Virus record (IMG/VR): IMGVR_UViG_2579779067_000003
Strand: one strand, 5' to 3'
DNA length: 46,439 nt
Source: a virus
Taxonomy: Duplodnaviria; Heunggongvirae; Uroviricota; Caudoviricetes
A model generated the notes under the pieces. It ran no database searches. It was given only the letters and a program-made list of their open reading frames with translations, and had not been told where the DNA came from. The translations under genes were made by a program, and so were the position numbers. How positions within the stretch are numbered: the stretch's first letter is position 1; every line of letters begins with the position of its first letter. This document shows positions 20,113 through 31,394 of this stretch, in pieces.

Positions 20113-22071
20113 TTACGCCGTACATTTCACCAGACCGCGGTGATCAACTGGCGCGACACCGGCGTCAATACGCACTTTCGTTGTCACGCCATCCACACTG
20201 AAGCCCTCCATCTGATCAATATATGGCGTATCCACACCGTTGAGATAAGCCACTTCAATCGTATCGGAGCCTTTTGACGCAGCCAGGTAGAAGGTGGTCT
20301 GGCTGTTATCATCAAGACGAGGCTCTGCAATAACGGTCGCAAAATCTTTCACCGGGTTAATAATACCGGCGTTAATGTCAGCCCCCTTGACACTTGAGGA
20401 GCGAATGACCTGGTTAGCAACAGACTCCATCGCCGTCGGTACCAGTACGAACGCAGGACGAATATTCAGATGACGCTCCCCCTCTTTCTGAACGCGCATC
20501 AACTGGCGGGCTTTATCCAGCGATGCCACGTCCATTGCAGCGCTCTCCAGTACGTTTGCATGTTTCGCTTTATCGAACAGACTTACATTATCTGTGGAGA
20601 TTTTCGGGTTAGACGTCAGAATGGCATAAACCAGATCGGCAATAGTGGATTTCGCCGCACGGCCCAGCTTCATCGGGACATCGGTCAGCATATTCAGATC
20701 ATCATTGATAATGGCCTGACGGGTGATACTGAACAGCTCGCCATAGGTCGCCAGTGCAATAGTGGCCTGTTTATCTCCGGTGGTGACGTATTTATATTCC
20801 GCCCCTTCACGCACCTGACGCAGAGCACTGAAGCCCCCCATACCCACACGATGGGCAATTTTAAAATCAGACAACTGACCTTTCCGCGTCCACTGTTCAT
20901 AGGTTTCAGGGGCATCTTCCCAGCCCTGCAGAATGGCTTTGTTCGCAACATCCAGCAGAATATTACCGAAGTCAGACGTACTGTGTGTGAACGCCGCACC
21001 GACCATCTGCATCGGGTTATAACCGGAAACCCCAATACCCCGTTCAGTCAGTGACATACGGGCATATTCACGCAGGGTCATCCCGTTGTAGACATTATCA
21101 CGTTCGGTTTTTTCAAATCCGGCACGCGCCATCAGCGCCTGGCGGATCCCGTCCCCCACAAAATTACCGTTACCGGCATAAATATGAGCCGGGGTATTTT
21201 TATTGGATGGCGTGGACTCGCGCCCCATCTCGTTCAACAACTTTTCGCGGGCCTGCTCCAGCGAACATTCAGGATCGGCAAGACACTGGGCCTGCAGCGT
21301 CTGATAACGCCCGCCAAACATGGCAAACAGATCATTAATACCGTTTACACGCGCTTTTTGCTCTGCCAGTACCTGCGCACGGATACTGTTTTCATCCACC
21401 ACGGGTGCTGCTGCCTGCACTGGCGTCCGGGAGGCTGCAGGTTCATCATCCTGTACGCGTGGAGCACTGTTGCGTGGCGGAGTAATCATGTTTCGAATGG
21501 ATTCCGGCATCTTTTTAAATTCCTCTGTACGTTTTGACTGAATACATGCCATTGCCTTAACGGCTGGCGTTACCTGATCAGCAAATCCATGTGCCAGACA
21601 TTCGGCACCGGACATCCAGGTCTCATCCGCCAGCATGGCAGCAATTTCATCGGTGGTTTTCCCGGTTTTCTGTGCATAAGCGGGTAACAGAACCGCCTCA
21701 ACTTTATCGAGCAGGTCGGCATAGGTGCGCATGTCCTCCGCATCACCGCCCGTAAAGCCAAATGGTTTATGAATCATCATGAAGGTGTTTTCCGGCATAA
21801 TGACCGGGGTTCCCACCATCGCAATGACCGACGCCATTGACGCCGCCACACCGTCGACATAAACGGTAATGGACGCACCATGTGTTTTCAGCGCATTAAA
21901 AATGGCGATGCCTTCAAAGACATCGCCACCCGGTGAATTAATATGGAGATTAATGTGGGTGATATCGCCCAGTGCATTCAGATCACTGATAAACTGCTTC
22001 GCTGTAACACCCCAGAAACCAATCTCGTCATAAATATAAATATCCGCGTCACTCTGGTGACCAGCCTGCAT
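20113..22071 (-). CDS. Prohead protease (ClpP/S14-like) fused to scaffold region and HK97-fold major capsid protein
   Basis: N-terminal ClpP-like region (DADIYIYDEIGFWG...INSPGGDVFEG...HKPFG) followed by long linker and capsid-like C-terminal half; start placed at ATG 22069-22071 downstream of portal stop; track start 22332 overlaps the portal gene. Confidence 0.7.
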   Translation of the reverse strand: MQAGHQSDADIYIYDEIGFWGVTAKQFISDLNALGDITHINLHINSPGGDVFEGIAIFNALKTHGASITVYVDGVAASMASVIAMVGTPVIMPENTFMMIHKPFGFTGGDAEDMRTYADLLDKVEAVLLPAYAQKTGKTTDEIAAMLADETWMSGAECLAHGFADQVTPAVKAMACIQSKRTEEFKKMPESIRNMITPPRNSAPRVQDDEPAASRTPVQAAAPVVDENSIRAQVLAEQKARVNGINDLFAMFGGRYQTLQAQCLADPECSLEQAREKLLNEMGRESTPSNKNTPAHIYAGNGNFVGDGIRQALMARAGFEKTERDNVYNGMTLREYARMSLTERGIGVSGYNPMQMVGAAFTHSTSDFGNILLDVANKAILQGWEDAPETYEQWTRKGQLSDFKIAHRVGMGGFSALRQVREGAEYKYVTTGDKQATIALATYGELFSITRQAIINDDLNMLTDVPMKLGRAAKSTIADLVYAILTSNPKISTDNVSLFDKAKHANVLESAAMDVASLDKARQLMRVQKEGERHLNIRPAFVLVPTAMESVANQVIRSSSVKGADINAGIINPVKDFATVIAEPRLDDNSQTTFYLAASKGSDTIEVAYLNGVDTPYIDQMEGFSVDGVTTKVRIDAGVAPVDHRGLVKCTA

Positions 22072-22123
22072 CCTGAACCAGGAATTATTCTTCGGACTGG
22101 TCGTCGGTGTGCTGCGGCTCCTG

Positions 22124-23593
22124 TCATTTCGTTGCGGCACTGCTGCCTCCTTTATCACTGGCCGGATCGGTATCAAATACCAGATCCAGATTGCGGTTTT
22201 CATCAATTTCGGCCTTGCGCCGACGTTTGACATCATCCGGATTACGACCACCAGCACGTACCCAGTCTGATTCTGTCGCCGCTCCACCACGAATCTGGAT
22301 TTTCCAGGCCTCAGCCTCCTTAACAGGGTCAATCCACGGCATCACTGGTCCGGAATACACCGCGGTATACAGTGAAGAACGGTCAAGATCGCGGGGTAGC
22401 CTGATAACACCGGATGCCACAGCCTGTTTCAGCCATGCACGATACATCGGGCGGGTGACGGCACCAATAAACCAGTCCTGCAGGATCAGGTAGCCATCAG
22501 TGGATTCAACCAGCTCCTGACGCTGGGCGCTGTAAGTGCCGTTATAGTTGCGCGCTGTACTGGAAAAACTCAGACGACTGCCCGCCGCCACGGCACGCAA
22601 CTGACCATTACGAAAAGTTTCAAGGTTAGGATTGGGGCGATCCGACTTCACCATTCCGATTTCTTCGCCGGGTTTCAGATCGTCGTAAATAATGCCCGGC
22701 TGAATGGTAAGCTCACGTTCATTCTCCTTTCTGCCATTACCATCCGGTTCATAGCTCTGCCCGTCGCCTTTCCGGATGTACATCCCCAGAGCAGCGGCGA
22801 TCCTTGCTGCAGTCAGCTCAGAATCTTCATATTCTTTCAGGGCACTGAGGCGGATCAGCACACCGGACAACAAAGACGTCCCGCGCATCTGGTGCAGACG
22901 GCGAACAAATTTAAGATGCAGCATTCGCTCTGCATCCACTTCTTTGGTTTCCATCTGCCGTCCGGATACGGGACGGCTTTTATACACCAGATATTTTTCG
23001 GGACGCCCCCAGTCATCAACAAACACGCCCTGATTCAGCCTGTTGCTCTCATCACTGGTCATGGGAATAAAGTCCGGCTCGAGCGCCTCCAGCCAGAAAT
23101 GAACACCGGCAGAAGGCGCCAGGCTGTTTATGCGCCCGGAAACCATCTGGGCAAACACCTCACCATCGCGCAGCCAGGTACGAAGCATCAGACGTTCCAG
23201 CATCGGACGGGTAAACTGCCCGGTGACTTCCGGGCTGACAGACCATTCACTCCATCGGGTGCGAATCTCCGCAGCCAGGTCACGGGCAATGGCCCCATTG
23301 CGTAATACCGGATGTGGCTCGACAATAATCCCGTTTTTCCCCACCACCCGTTCTTCCAGCTTGTCAAATACACCAATAACCAGATCGTGGTTGTTATCAA
23401 GGTAACGGGCCTGCTCACGTAACGACACGGCCCCGTACTGGCTTAACTGGTCGGCAGTTCGGTTCTCCCGTCGGGCTTTGTGTGTCCGCGTCGTTTTTAC
23501 GGCCTCATAAGCCTGGATCACCGCACGGGAACGCAGCCTTGCCGCTTTCCATCCTGGTGAAAAAACGCCAATCACATCATCAAGAATTGCCAT
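22124..23593 (-). CDS. Portal protein
   Basis: About 490 aa at the lambda B position; ATG at 23591-23593 overlaps upstream gene stop as ATGA; track start 23665 is an upstream extension. Confidence 0.8.
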   Translation of the reverse strand: MAILDDVIGVFSPGWKAARLRSRAVIQAYEAVKTTRTHKARRENRTADQLSQYGAVSLREQARYLDNNHDLVIGVFDKLEERVVGKNGIIVEPHPVLRNGAIARDLAAEIRTRWSEWSVSPEVTGQFTRPMLERLMLRTWLRDGEVFAQMVSGRINSLAPSAGVHFWLEALEPDFIPMTSDESNRLNQGVFVDDWGRPEKYLVYKSRPVSGRQMETKEVDAERMLHLKFVRRLHQMRGTSLLSGVLIRLSALKEYEDSELTAARIAAALGMYIRKGDGQSYEPDGNGRKENERELTIQPGIIYDDLKPGEEIGMVKSDRPNPNLETFRNGQLRAVAAGSRLSFSSTARNYNGTYSAQRQELVESTDGYLILQDWFIGAVTRPMYRAWLKQAVASGVIRLPRDLDRSSLYTAVYSGPVMPWIDPVKEAEAWKIQIRGGAATESDWVRAGGRNPDDVKRRRKAEIDENRNLDLVFDTDPASDKGGSSAATK

Positions 23594-23805
23594 CAGAACC
23601 TCGCCAGCCGGTACCCGGGATGCCCCCGTCGTCGTGTAATCAGAGCCGCAAGGCGGCGCTCCCACTCCTGCCGTCCCTGCCGGATCTCAGATAAGTTTTC
23701 CATGGTCATCTGCTGACCATTAAAGGTGACGGATTTTCCGTCCAGCACCGCCATTTCAGCTTCCGTATAACGCTGAATCATGGCTTCGATATCATTCTGG
23801 TTCAT
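23593..23805 (-). CDS. gpW-like head-tail joining protein
   Basis: 70 aa between TerL and portal, C-terminus RRRGHPGYRLARF resembles lambda W tail; ATG at 23803-23805 overlaps TerL stop as ATGA with GGAGG 6 nt upstream. Confidence 0.6.
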   Translation of the reverse strand: MNQNDIEAMIQRYTEAEMAVLDGKSVTFNGQQMTMENLSEIRQGRQEWERRLAALITRRRGHPGYRLARF

Positions 23806-25901
23806 AACCATCCTCCGGAAGTCAGCCAGGGGTTAACATCGTCAGTTACTGTTTTCTTCCGTTTTTGTTTTTTAACAGGCGTGGATACCGGTTCCGGTGA
23901 GGATGACGGTTCGGTACTGTCCTGGACACACTCCAGCCAGGTCTCCCGGCTCGCCCACTCCGGTGCATCCGGCCAGCGGATCTTTTCGTATCCATGCAGA
24001 ATGACCAGAGCCTCGGCATACACCATCAGGTCAAAAGCTTCGTTGGCACCGCGACCCGGCTTACTCCATTTCCCGTCACTGCTCCGCTCTTCATACGTCA
24101 GTTCGTCGTAAAACCAGCTCCCCAGCCAGTCAGGGAAATGCACATAGCCTGGACCTGGCGAGTCACGCCATAACGCGTTATTCACCCGGTCTTTCAGGGC
24201 ATCCGTCTGAAGAAGCCAGAGCGGCACATCACCTGCGGCCTGCGCCCGGCGGCCCGTTCGTCCGGTGTTATCAGGGAATGTACGGCTGATCAGTTTTGCG
24301 CGCCGGATGCTGTCACCCTTAAACAGGTAAATACGTTTACCAAGGCCATCACGACGGCAACGACGCCAGAATTTATAGGCATTATCAGTGACCCCGTCTT
24401 CACCGCCGGAGTCCACCGCCATTGCCATCAGTCGCATTTGTTGAGAAGGATCGGAGGCCAGCGGCCAGCTTTTATGAAAAACATCCGTCAGCAGGACATC
24501 CCAGTCTTCCGGATAGCTGGCCGGATCAATTCGCTGGCTCTCCCCGTCGCAGTCACTGCGCAATGACTGCGTGATGTTGTAACGATCAATAATCCAGCGT
24601 TCGCCACGACTGCCATAGCCCGTTACCTGAACCACAAAACGGCGATGACGTCCCGCCTGCACATCCACTGTCGCCACAAGGAAATTAACGCCATCCGGCA
24701 CACTGCGGGAAGGAACTGGCTCTGCCCGCTGCTCAAGCAGTTCACTTTTTCGTTGCTCCATGCTGGCACGAGGAAGATAAGGCAATCCCCAGTCGGTGTT
24801 GATAACCGCCCTGAGTGTTTCTTCGCTTCCTGTCGCTTCATACTCCTGTTCTGCAGTCAGTAATTTGTAAACCAGTTGCGCCCAGGTCTGATACGCAGCA
24901 GCTGGCCCTTCCATCCAGAAACTGGCGATACGGGAGCGGCGCGGTTCACCGGAAACGTTGCCGTTACGATCAATGACCTGACCTTCACGCAACCAGACTC
25001 CTGCACTATTGAGCTCACGCTTTTTCTCCGCAGTGATAATGCCGCTGCAGTGCGGGCAAAGTAGATACGCCGCCTCACTGGCTTTAAAGGGATCCGGTTC
25101 ATTACGGTAGCCGGTCATGGCATCCATGGCTGGCTGAAAATATTCACCGCAGTGCGGACATGACCAGTACCAGCGGCGGCGGTCACCACGATTGTAAAGG
25201 GAAAGAATACCAGTCGTCGGTGGCGCTTCATGAGGCGACTTACGTCGCCATTTGCTGTCGCAGATGTCACGTCCCGGCGAGCTCTCCACCAGAGTCATCC
25301 CGGCGGACATAAATGTGGTGGTACGTTTTGAGGCCAGGGAGAAACCATCACCCTCGCTGTCGATATTCTCCGGAAAACGGTCGTAATCGGTTAAGGCGAC
25401 AAACCGGTAATCCGACGACGACATAATGTTGACCGAGGGCCAACCAATTTTAAGGAACGAGCCATCCCTGAACGTCTTATCATGGACATTATTGTCGTTA
25501 CGACGTGGACTCATTCTTTTCTTTACCGCCGCACTGCTTCTGAACGTTCTGTCGAGGCGCTTTTTAGAATGCTCGCGGGCCTTATCTTCGGTCATCTGCA
25601 CAACGAGCATGTCCGAAGGATCGCAAACGATGGTATAGACAATCCATCCATCGATCAGACCAATGGTCTTCCCTGTTCGCGCAGGACCAACAAAAATCAC
25701 CGCATCGTATTCACGCGATGCCAGGCAGTTCATGGGCTCAATGATGTAGGGTGTCAGTTCAGGATCCCATGGCACCGAGTTACCAGCCCCCTTGGGAACA
25801 CGCATGAATTTTTTAACAGCCTCCGAAATCGGCATGCGACGTGGTGGGGAAAATCCTGCCGATATGTCCCTTCCCAAATTTCGGGCTGATGAAAAACCCA
25901 T
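23802..25901 (-). CDS. Terminase large subunit (GpA-like)
   Basis: 699 aa; P-loop GPARTGKT, Cys-His zinc motifs (CPHCGEYF ... CPHCSG), C-terminal nuclease-like region; AGGAGG 5 nt upstream of ATG. Confidence 0.9.
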   Translation of the reverse strand: MGFSSARNLGRDISAGFSPPRRMPISEAVKKFMRVPKGAGNSVPWDPELTPYIIEPMNCLASREYDAVIFVGPARTGKTIGLIDGWIVYTIVCDPSDMLVVQMTEDKAREHSKKRLDRTFRSSAAVKKRMSPRRNDNNVHDKTFRDGSFLKIGWPSVNIMSSSDYRFVALTDYDRFPENIDSEGDGFSLASKRTTTFMSAGMTLVESSPGRDICDSKWRRKSPHEAPPTTGILSLYNRGDRRRWYWSCPHCGEYFQPAMDAMTGYRNEPDPFKASEAAYLLCPHCSGIITAEKKRELNSAGVWLREGQVIDRNGNVSGEPRRSRIASFWMEGPAAAYQTWAQLVYKLLTAEQEYEATGSEETLRAVINTDWGLPYLPRASMEQRKSELLEQRAEPVPSRSVPDGVNFLVATVDVQAGRHRRFVVQVTGYGSRGERWIIDRYNITQSLRSDCDGESQRIDPASYPEDWDVLLTDVFHKSWPLASDPSQQMRLMAMAVDSGGEDGVTDNAYKFWRRCRRDGLGKRIYLFKGDSIRRAKLISRTFPDNTGRTGRRAQAAGDVPLWLLQTDALKDRVNNALWRDSPGPGYVHFPDWLGSWFYDELTYEERSSDGKWSKPGRGANEAFDLMVYAEALVILHGYEKIRWPDAPEWASRETWLECVQDSTEPSSSPEPVSTPVKKQKRKKTVTDDVNPWLTSGGWL

Positions 25902-25909
25902 TATTCCTC

Positions 25910-26437
25910 CTAGAGACTCTCTCCTTCCTCATCAGGAATTAATTCAGCAGCACAAGCCTCGTAGGATTTTTCCTGAAGAGTGTATCGCAGGTCATCAATG
26001 GCCTGCTGTACAACGCCGACGGCCTGAGGAGTCAGGGCGCAATCGCGTTCAAGAACATCCGGAATTGTCTCCAGAACCTGGACGACAGCCTTTCTCATGG
26101 ACGAATAGACGATGACTACTTCATCAACGGGGATGAGTTTTCGCTGCTCCTTTTCCAGCTTGATCCTTTCATTTTCAGATTGGTACCAGTCCTTTCTCTC
26201 TTTCGGCTCCATACGGGATGGATCATGAACAGAGTCTGCTGCCTCATGCTTCACACTAAACAGGGCTGGCCCGACATGCTGCAGGGCGTAAACGGGGTTC
26301 CCCCTGATAGTCGCAGCCACAGGAGTGTTGGCCGCGAGGAGCCGTTTTTTTACTGTGTCCCGGTGAAGCCCAAAGGCCTCAGCGATTTTAAAAACACTCC
26401 AGTAATAAGCATCACCGATCCCGCTCACATTTGACAT
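25910..26437 (-). CDS. Putative terminase small subunit (HTH DNA-binding)
   Basis: 175 aa immediately upstream of and translationally close to TerL; N-terminal helix-turn-helix-like segment; ATG at 26435-26437 with GGAG upstream. Confidence 0.55.
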   Translation of the reverse strand: MSNVSGIGDAYYWSVFKIAEAFGLHRDTVKKRLLAANTPVAATIRGNPVYALQHVGPALFSVKHEAADSVHDPSRMEPKERKDWYQSENERIKLEKEQRKLIPVDEVVIVYSSMRKAVVQVLETIPDVLERDCALTPQAVGVVQQAIDDLRYTLQEKSYEACAAELIPDEEGESL

Positions 26438-26999
26438 AAGCAACTCCATCTGGCAGGTGAAAATCATGTTTATTTATATATTTCAATTAATTGCAAACTG
26501 GTCTAATGACAGGGAGAAAAAAATATTGTACAGGTGAAAAGAGAAATAACTTTTAATTATCAATAAATTACCAAACATGCTGCCGCCGCCATGGAAATGC
26601 AAAAACTAGCCTTTTTCCGCGACGCTCCCGCCCCGTGGCAGGGACCCCCACTGGGAGGACCCGACAGCCTGACAACCGTGACGAGCATCTGAAACAGAGC
26701 TTTACATAATGGCATGGGGATAATTCAGAAGGACATCACAGCATGCCCACACAAATTAGTGTGAGTGTCCTGTTTCTTACTACGCGCAGGACTGACGAGC
26801 ATGAGGGGAAAATACGCGAACCGAAATGCCTTATCTTCAGAAATGCAGCCGGCATCCGAACTGGACGATATTGTAAATTCACCTAAATACGAGGCATTGC
26901 TGTAGTTGAATTGCAGTACTGTATTAGCCTTACAGTGACAGAATACGATATTGACTCTGTCACTTGTGAAATGGTCAGAATGGTTGGCAGTTATGGTGA

Positions 27000-27206
27000 T
27001 CAGTCAACCACCAGGGAATAATCCTTCGTATTCTTATCGTGCTTTACTAACGCGGCCTCAATTGCCCTGAATGCTTCCAGAGATACTTGATGTTCTATAC
27101 ATGCAATTACAACATCCGGGTAACCCATCGAAATGGTGCTATTAAGCATAGTTTTTACACGAACCTGCTCCTGGGAGGGGGCATCAGTGTATTGATCTTT
27201 ATGCAT
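27000..27206 (-). CDS. Hypothetical small protein (cargo gene between terminase and gnsB)
   Basis: 68-aa ORF with ATG start; no family recognised with confidence. Confidence 0.4.
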   Translation of the reverse strand: MHKDQYTDAPSQEQVRVKTMLNSTISMGYPDVVIACIEHQVSLEAFRAIEAALVKHDKNTKDYSLVVD

Positions 27207-27501
27207 TTTGTCGCTCCATTCGTTTGCTCTTCACTTGCGGCTAAAAATATAACGTCAAATCACTCAGCATGAAAGAGTGAAAGTTTCAGCGCGTTTCCCT
27301 TACATAATCTGTCGTTTGTATTCTCTTCAGGCATACCGGAAAGACTAGGTATTGTCACATAACCAATACCATCGACAATCGAGATTTATATCTATTCGGT
27401 AATGTTTAAATATAACAAAACCCCGTAAAAACGAGGTTTATGGGTAATTTGTATTGTTGAATAGCATCTGATGAGAAATTGATGCTAATACTATAAACAT
27501 G

Positions 27502-27675
27502 CTAGATTAAATCAATCTTGATATCATAGCTTTCAAGACCAGTCATTTTTTCCCGTGCAGTAAACTGGATACTGGTAACTTCTTTCCCGGTCTTTTTCTT
27601 AAGCTCAATGATTTTTTTTGTTATATATTCAGAAATATCTGCTTCTGTTTTTGTTTTTAACTCTTCAATGTTCAT
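27502..27675 (-). CDS. gnsB: GnsA/GnsB-family protein
   Basis: MNIEELKTKTEADISEYITKKIIELKKKTGKEVTSIQFTAREKMTGLESYDIKIDLI (57 aa); track ORF has a 31-codon upstream extension. Confidence 0.8.
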   Translation of the reverse strand: MNIEELKTKTEADISEYITKKIIELKKKTGKEVTSIQFTAREKMTGLESYDIKIDLI

Positions 27676-27847
27676 CATTTCCTCTTTTAGTCTGTTATGA
27701 CTGTCCTGGTACACAGTAGTGTCAATTATATGGAGCAAACGTATAAAAGATAAGATGAAACATCGCAATAATCAACATACGACGGTCTAAATTTCACACA
27801 AACAGATAAAGATGATTATCATTTATTATCAATGCATTAGAATCAAA

Positions 27848-28078
27848 TCAATTCAAGAGTCTCATTGCTGCTTCCAGAATTTCTTCTGAAGTTACATGTC
27901 GATCCGCTGCTACATAAATGACTTTATGATCTCCGGTCAGAGATGGAAACCCTGCGGCCATTACAGTAAGGTGTGTTTTTTCGCCATTTGGATATTCACG
28001 CATGATGGTGTTAACTCCAGTCATCGCTGGCACTACCACTGCTGGTTCAGAGTTAAAAAAAACTATGATTTTTTTCAT
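27848..28078 (-). CDS. ynfN: YnfN-like small protein
   Basis: MKKIIVFFNSEPAVVVPAMTGVNTIMREYPNGEK...; ATG at 28076-28078. Confidence 0.55.
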   Translation of the reverse strand: MKKIIVFFNSEPAVVVPAMTGVNTIMREYPNGEKTHLTVMAAGFPSLTGDHKVIYVAADRHVTSEEILEAAMRLLN

Positions 28079-28349
28079 GATGTTACCGTAGTATGTGAGT
28101 ATCCATCGAATAGATACCAAGCAAAAAAGCTCCCGAAGGAGCCTTCATTTTCACTTTTTTAAATCCAACGACAGACGGCTGGCATTTAAGTATTGTGAAA
28201 TATTATCAAATGTAATCATCATTGATTTACAAAAGATACATTTTGCCCCGAAAGGATTCATGTCAGAAACATCAAAAGATGATGTTCTATACTGGGAACC
28301 ATGACAACACGGGCATCTAAAGTGAATATGGTTTGTAATATTGTCTACC

Positions 28350-28562
28350 TCAAAGCGCCACTACATGAACAGCGGCAGGACCTTTAGGTCCGTTCTCAAT
28401 ACCAAATTCAACTTCCTGATTCTCAGTTAATGTTTTGAAATCGTTGCTCTGAATTGCTGAGAAATGGACAAACACATCTTTGCTGCCATCTTTCGGCGTG
28501 ATGAAACCAAAACCTTTTTCAGGGTTAAACCATTTCACTAAACCAGTCATTTTGTTAGACAT
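28350..28562 (-). CDS. cspI: Cold shock protein CspI (CspA family)
   Basis: 70 aa [38 protein letters not shown]... with RNP1/RNP2 cold-shock motifs; long 5-prime untranslated region upstream. Confidence 0.9.
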   Translation of the reverse strand: MSNKMTGLVKWFNPEKGFGFITPKDGSKDVFVHFSAIQSNDFKTLTENQEVEFGIENGPKGPAAVHVVAL

Positions 28563-28925
28563 AATTATTACCTTTTGAAGAAATTAGCCCTTGGGCAGAA
28601 TGGTCCGAAAAAAAATATCAGAGAGAAAAACCAACAAGGAAATCTCAAGAGGTACAAATAATAAAATTATAACAATGACTGCTTCAGATAAATTTGTAAC
28701 AAACCAGAACACCATTAACGCATGATTAACCACCCATAGCAAGGATTACTTTTGTAAAGAAAAACACAGCAATGAAAGAATAGCTTTATTTATTAATAAT
28801 AACGTGTCATTCTGATTAAGACCTTTTATCTTACCCTTAAGATTTCAGGAATTTTGGCTCATGGAAGAGTCCTTTTTATTTAAATTTTACATTCCGCGAT
28901 GTAAATGTTCCGATTTAATATTACC

Positions 28926-29949
<1,024 letters not shown>

Positions 29950-29953
<4 letters not shown>

Positions 29954-30261
29954 AGATATTTATGATGAGGACGCTCGTGCTTATTGGCAGGATTTTCAAT
30001 CTTAAAGGAGTACTGATGCTGCAGATAAGACTCAACTTTTTCTGACAATTTTTCTGCTACTTCCAGGAAGACTTGCCGGACGCTCATTCTGGCTGCTGCC
30101 TCATAAAACTCCAGCGCAGCTCCTTCAACACGGTCCATGGCGACATCCAGGCCAAAAATTTCACCGTCAAAGCGTTCTTTGTCCTGTAAGGCTACAGTTA
30201 CCGTAACTTTATTCTCAAAATTACGGACTCCTTTCACAACCAGTTCATAGTCTTGAGTCAT
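29950..30261 (-). CDS. ydfR: YdfR (DUF1327) protein within lysis cassette
   Basis: 103 aa between holin and lysozyme; stop overlaps lysozyme start (ATGA). Confidence 0.7.
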
Positions 30262-30265
30262 TGGA

Positions 30266-30481
30266 TTACTCTCCTCTCGCAGCCTTACGCCTGTCTTCTT
30301 TAATCTTGAAATAAAGATTTGTCAGATACGTCAGCATGCCAAATACCAGACTACCCAATACACCTATTGCCGCCCACTGTGAGGGCGTGACTTTATCGAG
30401 CAACTGTAAAAACCAGTAGCCAGCACTGCCTGCAGAGGTGCTGTAGGCGATGCCCGTTGTTAACTTATCCATGGATTTCAT
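30266..30481 (-). CDS. essQ: Holin (phage 21 S-like class II pinholin) with dual-start motif MKSM
   Basis: 71 aa [71 protein letters not shown]; two TM segments; GGAGGTG upstream; track ORF extends 28 codons upstream. Confidence 0.85.
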   Translation of the reverse strand: MKSMDKLTTGIAYSTSAGSAGYWFLQLLDKVTPSQWAAIGVLGSLVFGMLTYLTNLYFKIKEDRRKAARGE

Positions 30482-30571
30482 AGCCTCACCTCCGCAGATA
30501 ACGGATGGTGTACACGGTTTGGTTCGAAGAAGGAAAGAAGTTACATTAGCGTAAGGCCCGAACATCTATTC

Positions 30572-30602
30572 AAAAAGAAAAACGCCAGCAATTATTCTGG
30601 CG
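30572..30602 (-). terminator. Intrinsic terminator downstream of the AraC-family gene, upstream of holin
   Basis: Plus-strand A-rich run then CGCCAG-CAATTATT-CTGGCG; on minus transcript hairpin followed by UUUUUCUUUUU. Confidence 0.5.
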
Positions 30603-30671
30603 TAGCTAAAAATATCGTATAATCTTACACTTCAAAAAATAACTTTATAAAATGCCATCACATCATATCTT

Positions 30672-31394
30672 CTAAGAAAATCTTGATAAATATTGGTGCG
30701 GAGGCACACCAAAATATCCTCTAAAAACACTTACAAAATATGATGCATTGTCATACCCGCATATTCCCGCCACCTTGCCGACAGTATGGTTACTGTAGAT
30801 CAATAATCTTTGCGCCATCATCATTCGTTCTTCAAGAATTAATTTACTAAACGATAATCCTTCGTCTTTTAATTTTCTTTTTAACAAACTCTCGCTCATA
30901 TATAATCTTGAAGATATATCACAAAGTCTCCATGACGCTGAGATATCCGAGTGAATAATAGCCTTAACTTTACAACCTAAGCTATTAAGACTTCCGAACA
31001 AAAAACTTTGCACTATTTTCTCTGAAGATAAGACAGCAAGACATGCAAGTGATATTTGATTTCTAACTACATCCACGGTTTTGCTATCACAATTCAAGCA
31101 TGCAACCAAGTTCTTTAACAATGAAAAATCTTCACATTCTACTATCAAGTATGACGGATAAAACCTTCTTACAGAAAAAGGTGAGAGTGTGTAGTTTTTA
31201 AAGAAATCATTAACTGTTTTCTCCTCAACATCTACGATCATTAGATGATCTGTATTTGACGAAAAAAGATCTTTTAAATTGTATTCAATGAGGACAGCAT
31301 TTCCTTTTTTAAACAAAATATCTTCTTTACCAATTCGGACACCAAACGAGTTCAACACCAAAATGATAGAACATATGTATGGCATATTATCCAC
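30672..31394 (-). CDS. AraC/XylS-family transcriptional regulator (AT-rich cargo gene)
   Basis: 240 aa with C-terminal AraC-type HTH region (…MAQRLLIYSNHTVGKVAGICGYDNASYFVSVFRGYFGVPPHQY); AT-rich gene and upstream region. Confidence 0.8.
   Translation of the reverse strand: MDNMPYICSIILVLNSFGVRIGKEDILFKKGNAVLIEYNLKDLFSSNTDHLMIVDVEEKTVNDFFKNYTLSPFSVRRFYPSYLIVECEDFSLLKNLVACLNCDSKTVDVVRNQISLACLAVLSSEKIVQSFLFGSLNSLGCKVKAIIHSDISASWRLCDISSRLYMSESLLKRKLKDEGLSFSKLILEERMMMAQRLLIYSNHTVGKVAGICGYDNASYFVSVFRGYFGVPPHQYLSRFS

Noticed and set aside
26468-26999. Lambda cos consensus (GGGCGGCGACCT) or tRNA genes in the terminase-proximal non-coding region
   Set aside because: No match to the lambda cohesive-end sequence and no tRNA-like T-arm (GTTCGA-type) or acceptor-stem structure seen by eye; only a weaker candidate cos is reported as a low-interest finding
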